A stretch of 64,000 bases of DNA from Octopus vulgaris. Taxonomy: Eukaryota. The translations under genes and the position numbers were made by a program. This document shows, one piece after another, positions 50,178 through 62,420 of this stretch. The notes below the pieces were generated by a model. The model was given only the letters and a program-made list of their open reading frames with translations. It did no database searches and was not told where the DNA came from. The stretch covers positions 25,482,001 to 25,546,000 of the forward strand of contig OX597820.1 of NCBI GenBank assembly GCA_951406725.2, given 5' to 3'. Each line of letters starts with the position of its first letter. Position 1 is the first letter of the stretch.

Positions 50178-52084
50178 CTATGTGTATTTGTATATGTATT
50201 TATATGTGTATGCATGTACATCAGTGACCTTTGTGTATGTGGATATATTTATGTGAATAACACTGATTTTTGTGTGTGTATTTGTGTAGGTGTCTGTGTG
50301 CGTATGCATACACATCTGTGGCTTTTTGTGTTTCTATTTATGTAAATAACATTCTGGAAATCTCTGGAGTCTTTGACAACATGCTGCAGAATAGCCATCG
50401 GCCACTTACGCCGATATCCACTCTATTCACAGAACTTTCCGATAGTCTATATCTTCCTTCTTTCCACCTCTCTCACTTTGTCTCTCTCTCTCTCCCTCCA
50501 TCTCACTCTTTCTCTCTTTCCACCTCTCTTTCTCTCCCCCTCTCACTCTCTCTCCCATATTTCTTTCTGCATTTTCTTTCCATCTTTATTCTCTCCTCCT
50601 GACACCTTCTTTTTCTTTGTCCTTGTTTCTTTCTCTAACATCCCTGTTTTTTTCTCCTCCTTCTTCTCCTTTTTCTCTTTCGTTGTCTTTCTCTCTCATC
50701 TTCCTTCTGTCTCTTCCTTCTTTCTTGCTCATCTTTCTTCTTTTGGTTTCCTCCTTCAGTTATAACTACACTGCACTTTTATTCCTTTCTTTCCTTTATG
50801 CTTCCTCTTTCCATCCATCTTTTCCTCTTTCACTGTTTCTGCCTCCCCTTCTTCCTCATCCCTGCTTGTTTCCTCTTCCTCTCCTCATTCCTCCTCCTTT
50901 TTCTCCTTTACCACTTTTTCATGACATCCGGCCCTCACCAAAAGATGTTTGTCTCCAACAGCTAAAATGTCCTGTTTGAGGTTTTGCTATAAGGACAGAT
51001 ATATTTAGCTTCAGTGCTTTCCATTTTCAAAGTGTGGGTGGTCATATGATTTTTTTTTTTTCTGTTTTCAACCATTTTTGCCTCATCCTTCACACCCCTT
51101 TCTAACATATATTCCGGTATATTCTGTATATTCGGCAACATTTTATTAATATATTATTAGTTTATATGTATCAACAAACTTTTTTTATGATGTCATACTT
51201 TCATTTTTTTTTATTTTTCTCCTTTTCTGCTTTCTCATTCCTTCTTTTTCCTATTCCTTATCGGTTTTTTTCTCTTTGCTTTTTTCTTTTCTTTTTCTCT
51301 TCTTCCATATTTTTACTCATTCCTTTCTGTCTGTCTTTCTTTCTTTCTTGTTAGAAACCTTTTGTTTTTGCAAAAATAAAAAAAATAAATAAAAATCAAT
51401 AACTTCACTGTTATAGCTAGCGTCGATGTCAAGAACACTGCGAGAAAATAGATTTCCGCTATCCAAAGTGAAAAGCGAGGTTGCCAGGAAGGTACAGAAC
51501 AGCAGGGTAAAAGTGAAAATGATGGTTATAAAGAAAGTATGAAGGGAAAATATGAAAGATGTAAGGATGAAGGGATGGCAGGTTTAGAAGGTAATTTGAA
51601 AAGATGGATAAAGAGAAAGAAAGACAGAGTGGCAGACAGATAACAGGTAGTCAGTCAGAAGGGTTGATAGACAGAAAAAGAGAGAGAGAGAGAGGAAGTT
51701 GAAGACAGAGGGAGATGAAGGCAGAGGGAGATAAATAAACAGAAAGATAGATAGATGAGTTAAAGCAGATGATAGGTTCGTAGATAAACAAAGAACTATG
51801 AAATATAAGTATAAGTTTTGAATAATACAAGGATGGGGGGCTGATTGCGATAGAAGAAGTAGTTTGATTGATATAGATAGATTCATTGACAGATTGATAG
51901 ATACATTGACAAATAGATAGATATACTGACAGGTACGTAGAGGATACGAAAGGTTAATAGATATAGTTAAGACAGATGGATTGATTAATATCATAGCCTG
52001 AATTAGGAAACATGCCAAATGCCTGAGCGGTGAATCCTCTCTTAATGAAAAACCTTTAAAATTTGACCCATTCCCCTTCTGTAT

Positions 52085-52087
<3 letters not shown>

Positions 52088-52160
<73 letters not shown>

Positions 52161-52200
52161 GCCTCTCTTTTTCTCTCACTCTCTCTCTACCTCTCTCTTT

Positions 52201-52282
<82 letters not shown>
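52088..52282. repeat. (CT)n microsatellite block
   Basis: Two long pure CT runs separated by a degenerate spacer. Confidence 0.95.
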
Positions 52283-52288
<6 letters not shown>

Positions 52289-52433
52289 AACTCAAATAAT
52301 ACTTTTGTCTGAAACCAGCCCATTTTACTAGGTAACTGAAGATTACCTTTCATATTTTGTAACAGAAAAAAAGTAACACAAATACACTATAAATGATATG
52401 GATGGGTTAATCTTCTTTGAAAATATATATTAA

Positions 52434-52657
52434 CCCTTTAGCATTTAATCCAGCCATATCTGGCCTAAATATTCTCCCTTCTTTATGTTCAATCCAGCCA
52501 AATTTGGCTTCTCACACCTACCCTACAATATAATTCTAAAAATAGACAATCACACCATTGAAATCTCAAAGCTATGAAATTATAAAGCTATGATTAATTC
52601 AAAACAATGTGAATGCATAACCATTGCATTTAGCAGATTAATCTGAATGCTAAAGAG
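52434..52657. mobile_element. piggyBac-type MITE, family 2 (relatives near 6530, 12635, 53090, 58399)
   Basis: TTAA|CCCTTTAGCATT...AATGCTAAAGAG|TTAA. Confidence 0.8.
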
Positions 52658-53459
52658 TTAAGCATTTTTAAAATTTTTTCTTTCAAGCACTTCTCTCCCT
52701 ATGGAGCATAAGCCATCAGCAACTCTTCTCTGCTCTCAACTCTGGACTGGACTGTTTCCAGGACCACTCCCTCAGTATGGGAGACACTCTTGATGCCCTG
52801 AGAAAGGCTTTCTTCTCCCAGGTCTTGTTGGTTTTCAATTGTCATCATTGATGTTTCTGTAACTTTTTCTTCTAGGTAAGATTATTGGCCCTTTGCAAAC
52901 CCATTTCTACCTCTTGGAAGAGTTAGTATATATATATTAGTCTGGCCTCTCTCCTTTGACTTGCTCAGCATGGAAGGCCCTACTTGAACTTGCACTCTGC
53001 TGGCATTGTTCTCATTGTTATTGGCAAACACAAAACACCACACTGCAATTAAGACTGAACCTTGTGGGAGATATATCAAACCTTGTTTTAACCCTTTAGC
53101 ATTCAAATTACTCTATCAAATGTAATGCTCCTTTATTCAAATCATCTTGAATTAGAGATTTCAATGATTTCAAAATACCCTTGTAGGGTAGGTGTTAGGG
53201 GCTGGATATAGCTGGTATAGATGCTAAAGAGTTTAAAGAATTTAAGGTTTGTGATACCCTTTTTTCTGTTTGGAAGAATGTGTGAGCCTTACAACTAAAG
53301 CATGACTATTTCAATATAGGCTTCAGTTAAGATTGATTCAGATTGCACCAAATCTAAACCCAACTAAACTCAAACCGTGATACATTTGGTTGTCAAACGC
53401 ATGCCTTTTATTTATAGGTTATAATCCCTAAAATATCTTTTATAACAAAGGTAAATATA

Positions 53460-53668
53460 CAAGGTGAGTGCTGAAAAGTTCCTGGCTTTGGGTAAAAGAA
53501 AATACAAGAGGGATCAGTTAATTATAATTTTATTCAACATATTCCCCTCTCAGATTCACACACTGGTCCTTCAGTTTTTCTAAGCCCTGTAAAAGAACTC
53601 GGAAGGTTGGGCCTCCAACCAGGCCTTTCGTGATACCCTTAAAGCCCAAAACTTTTCAGCATCTCCTC
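53460..53668. mobile_element. mariner-type MITE
   Basis: TA-flanked, TIR core GTGCTGAAAAGTTCCTGGCTTT; a reverse copy of 22335..22552. Confidence 0.8.
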
Positions 53669-53932
53669 ATATATTCTTATACTTTATATCCCTGCCCAGA
53701 TTTCAAGAGTTTACCTGTAGGTTTCCATTTTAAGAACCATTACTTTCTCAGGCTTGTTTTCACTCACTTTTGTTTCTGCAATATACCAATTGCCAATTTT
53801 ACTCATAAATAACATCAAAGTAAACTAATACATTCTTAAGATATTTTGTGTACATAGACAGCCTCCTTGCTTTTACTTGTTTCAGTCATAGGGCTGCAAC
53901 CATGCTGGAGCACCACTTTGAAGGGCTTCATC

Positions 53933-54090
53933 CAGGAGCGGACTGAGGTCATTAAGTGCCCTCATACATAAATGTTTACCAAGCCCCTTTGAATGTGTGT
54001 TTTAGTAGAGTTAACATGTTGAGTGTAGGTCTCTCAGAGCTCCGGGCCCTCGAGCAGTGCCCGATGGACCGACAGCTCAGTCCGCCTCTG
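53933..54090. mobile_element. hAT-type MITE inside a family B SINE
   Basis: TIRs CAGGAGCGGACTGAG / CTCAGTCCGCCTCTG and 8-bp TSD GCTTCATC/GTTTCATC. Confidence 0.8.
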
Positions 54091-54562
54091 GTTTCATCAA
54101 ACAAACCGACCCCAATACTTACTATTTGTTTTTAAAGTTTATTAGTTGCTTTTGCCAAATTTTTAAGTTGCAGAGACAAACTAGCACCAGTTGTGAAACA
54201 GTAGTGAAGTAATAAACACAAACGCATACACACACACATTCACTTACAAGTCATTGGTCAAGCCCAGGGCTGTAGCAGAAGACATTTGCCCAAGATGCTA
54301 TGCATTGGAATTGAACCTGAAATCTCATGATCACAAAACAAGCTTCTTAACCACATAGCCATGCTTGCATTTATGTTTTTCTTAATGAGTCTAGAGGAAG
54401 AGGAAATGATTCATGCCTTTTGCAGACACTCCTGGAGCAGAGAGATTGATGTTGTTAATGCTCTTTTGACCCTTCGTAATTCCACACATGAAGGAAAGAT
54501 ATGAGCAGAAAAGAAATTCCAGAGGGTCAACATAATAGTAAGGAAGGACTGGGTGTTGATAT

Positions 54563-55092
54563 AATAAGGATGATGAGGAGAAAGGGAGATAAATTAAGCA
54601 GGAGTGCTTGAGGGGAGCTGGCATAAGCCCAGCTAGCTCCAAGAGGCAAAGGACATAATAGTAGCATTAAAAAAGGCAGAGAGAGGAAACAACATATCTG
54701 TGAGTCAATGGGAGGGAGTATATCAGTGAGTAATTTTGTGCCACTCACTCAGGTGGTCAAATTTTGTATGGAGTCTTGGATGTCTGTGTATGCACAAGGA
54801 GAAATAACAGATAGCATTCTGGGAAGGAAGGATTGGATGGTGTGAGAGAGTGCGGATACAATAAGGATGATGAGGAGAAAGAGAGATAAATGAAGCGGGA
54901 GTGCTTGTGAGGAGCTGGCATTAGCCCAGCTAGCTCCAAGAGGCAAAGGCAATTTTAGTAGCATTAAAAAAAAGGCAGAGAGAGAGCAGACAGCACATAT
55001 GTGGGTTAGTGGGAGGGAGAGTATCAATAATTAATTTTGTACCAGTCACTCAGGTGGTCAAGTTTTGTATGGAGTCTTGGATGCTGTGTATG
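54563..55092 (+). repeat. Tandem duplication, period about 297 bp
   Basis: AATAAGGATGATGAGGAGAAAG...GGAGCTGGCAT.AGCCCAGCTAGCTCCAAGAGGCAAAGG...CACTCAGGTGGTCAA.TTTTGTATGGAGTCTTGGATG occurs twice. Confidence 0.9.
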
Positions 55093-55099
55093 CGGCATC

Positions 55100-55400
55100 A
55101 ACACTTCCAGATGTGAGATCTATATTCTACTACTAGCCTCATCCAAGTTGCATAACTACTCACACACACATCCAAGCTCAACCAATTCACATGCCTCTTT
55201 TCTTTATGTTGTCCCACCTACCTGACAGTCCCTACACTAACCATATTTTTCCTAATCTTTCCTCCACAGGCTATTCACTCTCTGGAATTCCCTCCCTGCC
55301 CACCTTTTTTTTTTTTTTTTCTCTGGAGGTTCCAACTTACAGGTGTTTAAGATGGTCATAAACCATATTGATTTCAGCAGTGTCAGAAGACCTGTGAATA
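55100..55400 (+). mobile_element. Degenerate CR1/L2-group LINE 3' end
   Basis: LFTLWNSLPAH...NLQVFKMVINHID matches the WNSLP...FK C-terminal motif. A similar minus-strand piece lies near 54390..54530. Confidence 0.55.
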
Positions 55401-56115
55401 TGTTGGGAGCACAGTTCTGCCCCACAAACCAAACAATAAGAGGAAAACTTATTTCCCCTACATCCTTAACGAAAGAGAAATATCCATATGCTATGAGCAA
55501 TGTCACCCCCAACACATCCTTAGGTAAATTATGTTTATATATAGAATCATCATCATCATATTTAATGTCTATTATCCATGCTGGCATGGGTTGGATGATT
55601 TGACCAGGGCTGGTATGCTGAGGGGCTGCATCAAACTCCAGGCTGATTTGGCATGGTTTCTATGGCTGGATGCCCTTCCTAACACCAACCACTCCAAGAG
55701 TATAATGGATGCTTTTACATGCCTGAAAGAAGCCTTTTGTATGTGTGTGTGTGTGTGTGCATGCGCGTGCAGTAGCATAGCTAGAGTATGTGCCACCCAG
55801 GACGGCCCTTCTTTTTGCTTTCCCCCAAACCCCACAAAAAACACATATTGCCTACAACAGACCCAAAAATGCGGACCGCCCCTACCAGTGTGTGTGTTTG
55901 TGTCTGTGTTTGTACCCCCACCATCATTTGACAACCAATGTTAGTGTGTTTACATCCCCGTAACTTAGCAGTTTAGCAAATGTGACCGATAGAATAAGTA
56001 TTAGACTTACAAAGAATAAGTCTTAGGGTCAATTTGTTTGACAAAAACCCTTTAAGGTAGTGCTCCAGCATGGCCACAGTCTAATGGCTGAAACAAATAA
56101 CAGAATATATATATA

Positions 56116-56243
56116 TATATATTAAAAATGGGGAAGGCTGATTTAGGAGATTACCTTAGGTTTACCGTCTATAAAGGGTTTAGCTTTTGAACAGGAAACC
56201 TAAGGTAATCCTATAAACCAGTCTTCCCCATTTTTAATATATA
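56116..56243. repeat. TA-flanked palindrome (arms of about 48 bp)
   Basis: Left arm TATATATTAAAAATGGGGAAGGCTGATTTAGGAGATTACCTTAGGTTT; reverse complement of the right arm TATATATTAAAAATGGGGAAGACTGGTTTATAGGATTACCTTAGGTTT. Confidence 0.9.
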
Positions 56244-56295
56244 CTGCTCTACATCTTAGAGTGTACTTCTTTCAGATTTATGTCTTTTACAAATG

Positions 56296-56328
<33 letters not shown>

Positions 56329-57878
56329 CACACACACACACACACACATACTTATATGTATATACATACACACAAACATATGTATGAAGATAGGATGAAT
56401 GGGGTGAATATATTTCAGATACACACACATTTGAGAGCAGAATAGTGGACATATATACAGATTGGACAGGTAAATAATAACAAAATCTATATCTACACTG
56501 ACAAGACAATGAATTCATAAAGACAAGAGAATTAAATGAATGAACAGATATCCAGATCTATGGAAGTAAGACAAATGTAGCATATGTGAGTGTTAGAGAG
56601 TAGCAAAGTTAAAGAATGAAATGATTATAAACACAATTAGAGAGAAAGATGGACAGAGCAGAGACAGAAAGAAAGGGTGGAGGAATTTGGATGAAATGAA
56701 GAGAAAGAAGGAAGAGGACATGTTTGTGTGTGTGTGTGTGTGTGTACCGATGGCAAAGAATCTATTTTGGGAGATGAGTAGGAGGATGTGTATCCAGTCT
56801 GTGGAACTGGAATTATTATTATTGCATAGCAAGGCTGAAGAAGAGACAAATGGTCTATGTCTGTTAGTTTGTGTGTATATGTCTATTTCTGTGAGTCTGT
56901 TTTGTGTATATGTGTGTTTGTTTGTGTGTAAGTATGTGTGTGTGTGTGTGGTGAGTTGACTTGGTAAGACTGGTCTTTGTGGGATAAATCGAAAAGGAAA
57001 GAAAAAAGTAAGCAAAGACTGATGGAGTTGGTGGTAGTGGTGGTGGTGGTGTCAACGACAAAGAAAGAAGAAACAGCAGAGTTGAAGCTGCTAAAAATGT
57101 TTCTGAGAGGAATTGACTGGGAAATAATCAGTGGTGGCTGAGAGAGAGAGAGAGAGAGATGGAGGTGGTGAGAGGGTGTAGAGTTACCTGAGAAATACAG
57201 ATGAAGACAGGTGAGACAAGATTGAAAGGTAAGGCATTTGCTGAGTGAACAGTATAAAAATGTCAATGAAGTAAATGTCTGAATATCTGAGACAGGTGGT
57301 GGCAGTGGTGGTGACAGCAGCACTGGTGGTGGTGGTGGCGATGGTGGTAGCAGTGGTGATGGTGGTGGTGATGGGGAGCAGCTCTTGCTGTTGTTATTGT
57401 TGACATTATTATCAGCTTCATTAAGGCTGTGAGGTGACAGAGTCATTAACGCACCTGGCAAAATGCTTAGCAGTATTTCGTCCATCATTACATTCGGAGT
57501 TCAAATTCTACCGAGGTCGACTTTGCCTTTCATCATCCTTTCAGGGTCAATAAAATAAATACCAATTGAGTGCTGGGAGTCGATGTAATCATCTACACCC
57601 CTCCCTCAAAATTTCAGGCTTTGGCCTTGTGCCTGTAGTAGAAAGGATTATTATCAACTTCATTAAAGCAGCAAGCTGGCAGAGTTGTTAGCTCGTTAGG
57701 CAAAATGCTTAGCAGCATTTCAACCATCTTCATGTTCTGAGTTCAAATTCCACCAAGGTTGACTTTGCCTTTCATTCTTTCAGAAACAATAAAATAAGAG
57801 CCAATTGAACATACACACACACACACACACCAAACTTGTTGGCATGTGCTAAAATTTTAAACCATTATTATCAACTAT

Positions 57879-57980
57879 TTGTTATATTTCGGGACAGTCA
57901 TTTTTATTTGTCTTGCAAAACAAACACACACTATAAAAAAAAAAATGTTATTTTTTATTGACCATCCCAAAATATAACAA
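57879..57980. repeat. Short inverted repeat (22-bp arms)
   Basis: TTGTTATATTTCGGGACAGTCA ... TGACCATCCCAAAATATAACAA; 19 of 22 positions complementary. Confidence 0.75.
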
Positions 57981-58398
57981 TATCTGTTTCAACATATGAT
58001 TTCACATCAGGATTCTTGCGAAACAAATTCATAATCATCAACTTCATCTTGTCAACATGCTGATCATATACTGAAGAGGACAACTCCTTTAGCAATCCCC
58101 TTACTTTAGTGCTTGTCCCCTAGCCTTTCATGTCCATAATCCAATAATCCAATCTGCAAGGCAGCAGCTTCATTTTCATTTGAGTGTTATTCCTTAGCCT
58201 TTGGACTTCCAGAACCCCCCTGCAAAGCACCAGCTACTATTTGACATTAGCTGGTTTATAGCTGTTGCCATAACCAGCACCTTATGTTGGGTTGCCAGTT
58301 GAGAAGTAACTTCTTTCTTTTCAATATTTTGACCCACCCTTAGACCCCGGGTACCAAATGCAGTTATAAGGTCATACGCAAGGCATTAACATTATTAA

Positions 58399-60158
58399 CC
58401 CTTTAGCATTTAAATTGGCTACATCCAGCCCAAACATTCCACCTGTTTTATGTTTAAACCAGCCAGATCTGGCCTCTCGCACCTATCCTACAATGTCATA
58501 TTAAAAATAAACAATCACATCAGGAGTGGCTGTGTGGTAAGTAGCTTGCTAACTAATCACGTGGTTCCAGGTTCAGTCCAACTGCATGGCACTTTGCGCA
58601 AGTGTCTTCTACTATAGCCTCAGGCCAACCAAAGCCTTGTGAGTGGATTTGGTAGACAGAAACTGAAAGAAGCTTGTCGTGTCCCTACCTTTGAAACACA
58701 GAGTAGATAAAACGGGACAGCTGATGAAGAGAATGTTCTTTATGTTGTGTGTCTCGTTTCTCTATTTGTTTCTTTCATTGTTAAAAAAAAGTTCATTTTT
58801 TATGTTCTCGTTTCTCATTTTGTTGATGTTTTTTGATGTCCTGTACCCATAAACGCATGTATATATATACATATATATGTAGGTATGTATATATGCTTAT
58901 ATTTATATATTATTTATATTATATATATATGTGTATATGTTTGTGTGTCTGTGTTTGTCCTCCCTACCATTGCTTGACAACCGATGTTGGTGTGTTTATG
59001 TCCCCGTAACTTAGCGGTTCGGCGAAAGTGACCTGTAGAATAAATACTAGGCTTGTAAAGAATAAGTCCTGGGGTTGATTTGTTTGAATAAAGGCGGTGC
59101 TCCAGCATGGCCGCAGTCAAATGCCTGAAACAAATAAAAGAATAAAAGAACATTATCAAAATCTTGAAGCTACAAGATAATACTTGATTAATTCAAAACA
59201 ACGTGGATAAGTAAGCACAACATTTGACAAAGTAATCTGAACTAGCAGGACCCGTTAATATTTCACTGGCTTAATGCTAAACCTATTGGGTTATGTCTGA
59301 AAACTTTATCCAAAAACCCTGAAAGTGTAGCCTGTGTTGTGTCTGTATGGAAAAATAGTCGCTCATCTGCTACTCATTGATAACTGAAAGAAACTGGAAT
59401 ACGATGATTAGTTAATGCACTTTATAAATACACTTTATATACTTTAAGCACAATTTTATAGATTTAATACACAGTAATCATAAAATAGATCTTCACTCTT
59501 ATTTTTCTAGTTTTCCCATAAACAAATAAAATATCGCTGTACATATGATACAACCTTTAGTTAAATTGCACATATCTGCCACGTAAATAAGCGGGAATAT
59601 TTCATGGAATTGCACTTGTTAGCATGCATTAAATGATAGGTGATATTAAAAAAAATACGCTTTCCACTATTCACTTACCATCACCACCACCACCTCCGTC
59701 TCCACCACCATCATCATCTCTCTTTCTCTGCCTCCTCTGTCTCCCCCCCCCACCTTGTCTCTCTCTCCATCTCACTCTGCCTTTATCCTCACCATCAGAA
59801 CGTAACCCCTTTATTAAAATTATATTTTTAACTCTCCTCCTCTATATCACTACTTTCAACTAACTTTTTTAACCACATAACAAATACTACATTCTCCCTA
59901 CCTCATGTCATGGACGCTTCTCTCTCCTTTTTCTTCTTTCTCCATTTTCTTTCTCCCTCTTGTACTCTCTTTTCTTTCAAATAATTATGTGAAAGCAATA
60001 CAGTTGCATTCCCTCTACCTCACATCATGGATGCTTCACTCCCCCTCTTTTCCTCTCTCTGTCTTTTTATGTCCCTCTTCTTCTCTAATCATATGAATGC
60101 ATTACCAACAGGCTAAGTAACAGAATGACAAGCAAAATTATTATAAGATGCTGAAGTG
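58399..60158. mobile_element. piggyBac-type MITE expanded by nested SINE, Penelope-like and Helitron insertions
   Basis: TTAA|CCCTTTAGCATT at the left. The MITE body resumes at 59151..59241 (…GTAATCTGAA) and ends TGCTGAAGTG|TTAA at 60149..60162. Confidence 0.75.
59242..60148 (-). mobile_element. Non-autonomous Helitron
   Basis: The minus strand begins TCTTATAATAA and ends CCAGTGAAATATTAACGGGTCCTGCTAG. It is inserted exactly between A and T of the host MITE terminus (CTGAA|TGCT), with no TSD. Confidence 0.8.
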
Positions 60159-61679
60159 TTAAATAGAAGACAACAAGCTGACAGAATCATTAGCAAGTCA
60201 GACAAAATGCATAACAGCATTTCTTCCTGCTCTTTTTATTCTCAGTTCATATTCCACCAAGGTTCTCTTTCCTTTTTGTCCTTTCAGAGTCGATGAAATA
60301 AGTACCAGTTGTGCACTGGGATCAATGTAATTGACTTACCCCCCCTCTCCAAAGTTGCTGGCCTTATCCCAAAATTTGAAACCATTTATTAAACAGAAGT
60401 GAACTCCATTTTTCGCAATTTTCCTCAATATCTGGGGTCTCCTAATCTTAGACTCTGGCACCAGATATAGTTTGAAGTCATACCCAAGACATTGACAGTA
60501 TTAAATAGAAGCATAAGGTGGTGAGCTGACAGAATTGTTAGCACGCTGGGTGAAATGCTTTGCAGTATTTCTTCTGCCTTTACGTTCTGAGTTCAAATTC
60601 TATTGAAGTCACTCTTGCCTTTCATGCTTTCGGGGTTGATAAATTAAGTACCAGTTGCATACTGGGTCAATCTAATCGACTGGACCCCTCTCCAAAAATT
60701 TTAGGCCTTGTGCCTAGAATAGAAAAGAATTAAATAGAAGCATCATTTCTGTGAGTTTAAAAATAAAGAGTCACAGTTCAAATCCACTGTCCAGTTGTAC
60801 AGAATCTTGTCATGGCCAAGGACTAAGGAAGAAAATTCCAAGAAGCCTTGCAACATGTAAACGTTAAGGGTGAATGCTTGCTTGGAATCCCTAATATCTT
60901 TTATTTGACCAGGCTAGGGACCACAAACCATTCCTGCCTTGCTAATGAGAAACAGTGGTAGCTCTCCAAGGGAATATTATCTTAAGAACTCTCATCCAAC
61001 TCATACCAGTATGGAAAAGGCAATCATAATAACAATGGTAGTGGTGGTGGTGGTGGTGGTGGTGATGTTAGTGGTGGTGGTGGCGTTAGTGGTGGCATCG
61101 GCACCAGTGGTTGTGGTGGAAGTAGTGGCAGTCACGATGATGAATATTTTTATTTGACATAGAGACAAAGTGATGTTTTATACAGTGAGGTGATACAATT
61201 AGTTGAACCAGCTCCCATTAAATTACTAGTACTTCCCTTGGTGAGATTTGAACCAAAAACATAAAGGGTTGATATTAAATACAAGGCATTTGGTCAGCTG
61301 TTGTATCATTTTTGCCGTCTTGCTACCCTGAATTACAGGTGGTTGGTCAACCTGTTAGAAATAGGAACCCAATCTCCCTTGTATTACACCTTACGATCTT
61401 AAAACTCAACCACACCTGACACTATTGCGCAATATATGCTATGCCTGAGGAAATTCAGGATCGTCATGGTTAGAATGCCTTTAAATCATAGGTCCACTGC
61501 TCAGCCTGGGCCAGTTTGGAAGCTATATAACAACTTTAGTTCTTTCTTCTGCTTTTGTATGGTTTGATGTGTTTTTTTTTAATTTTTGTTTGTGTATTTG
61601 ATGTACACATAGAGACAAGAACACAAACACATTGGAAATAGTATGTAGATATGCTCTCATTTATGCATACACAATCAGA

Positions 61680-62420
61680 ACCATCTCTCTCTCCCTCTCT
61701 CTCTCTCCCTCCCTCTCTCCCTCCCTCACCCTCTCTCTCTCTCTCTCTCACACACACACAAGAAAGCACTCAATCATTCACATACAATCAAAACAGCTTC
61801 AATCACTTATTAATACTCTCTCTGTCTGTCTGTCTCTTTCCCTCACTCTTTCTCTCTCTCTCCCTCACTCTTTCTCTCTCTCTCACTTTCTCTCTCCATC
61901 TCTCTCTCTCTCCATCTCTCTCACTCATTCTCTGTTAGCTCCTCATTCTTTGTTACTATCACTCTCTCTTTCTTCCTCTCTTGCTTCTCCCTCACCTTCT
62001 CCCTCTTCCTCTTCTCCTTCTCCCTCTTCTTCCTCCCTCTCTTTCTCTTCACCCTCTTCCTTTTCTTCCTCTCTCTTTCTTCCCTCTCTTTGTCTCTCTC
62101 TCTCTCTCTTTCTGTTAGCTCCTCATTCTTTGTTACTATCACTCTCTCTTTCTCCCTCATCTTCTCCCTCTTCCTCTTCATCTTTTCCCTCTTCTTCCTC
62201 TCTCTCTCTCTTTCTCTTCACCCTCTTCCTTTTCTCCTCTCTTTCTTCCTTCTCTTTGTTTCTCTCTCTGTTAGTTTCTCAGTCTTTGTTGCTACCTCTG
62301 TCTCTTTCTCCCTCAACTTCTTCCTCTCTTTTTTCTTCTCCTCTCATACTCCCTCTCACTCTTTTCTCCCTCTTTTCAGTTCCCCCACTCTTTATAACCT
62401 CCTCTTTCTCCCTCTCACCC
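61680..62420. repeat. Polypyrimidine low-complexity tract with a higher-order repeat of about 180 bp
   Basis: TCTGTTAGCTCCTCATTCTTTGTTACTATCACTCTCTCTT occurs at 61931 and 62111, with a degenerate third copy near 62267. Confidence 0.85.

Noticed and set aside
50960-51010. Possible hairpin GCTAAA..TGTCCT...AGGACA..TTTAGC
   Set aside because: Only two 6-bp helices with a large bulge; this is not pre-miRNA quality.
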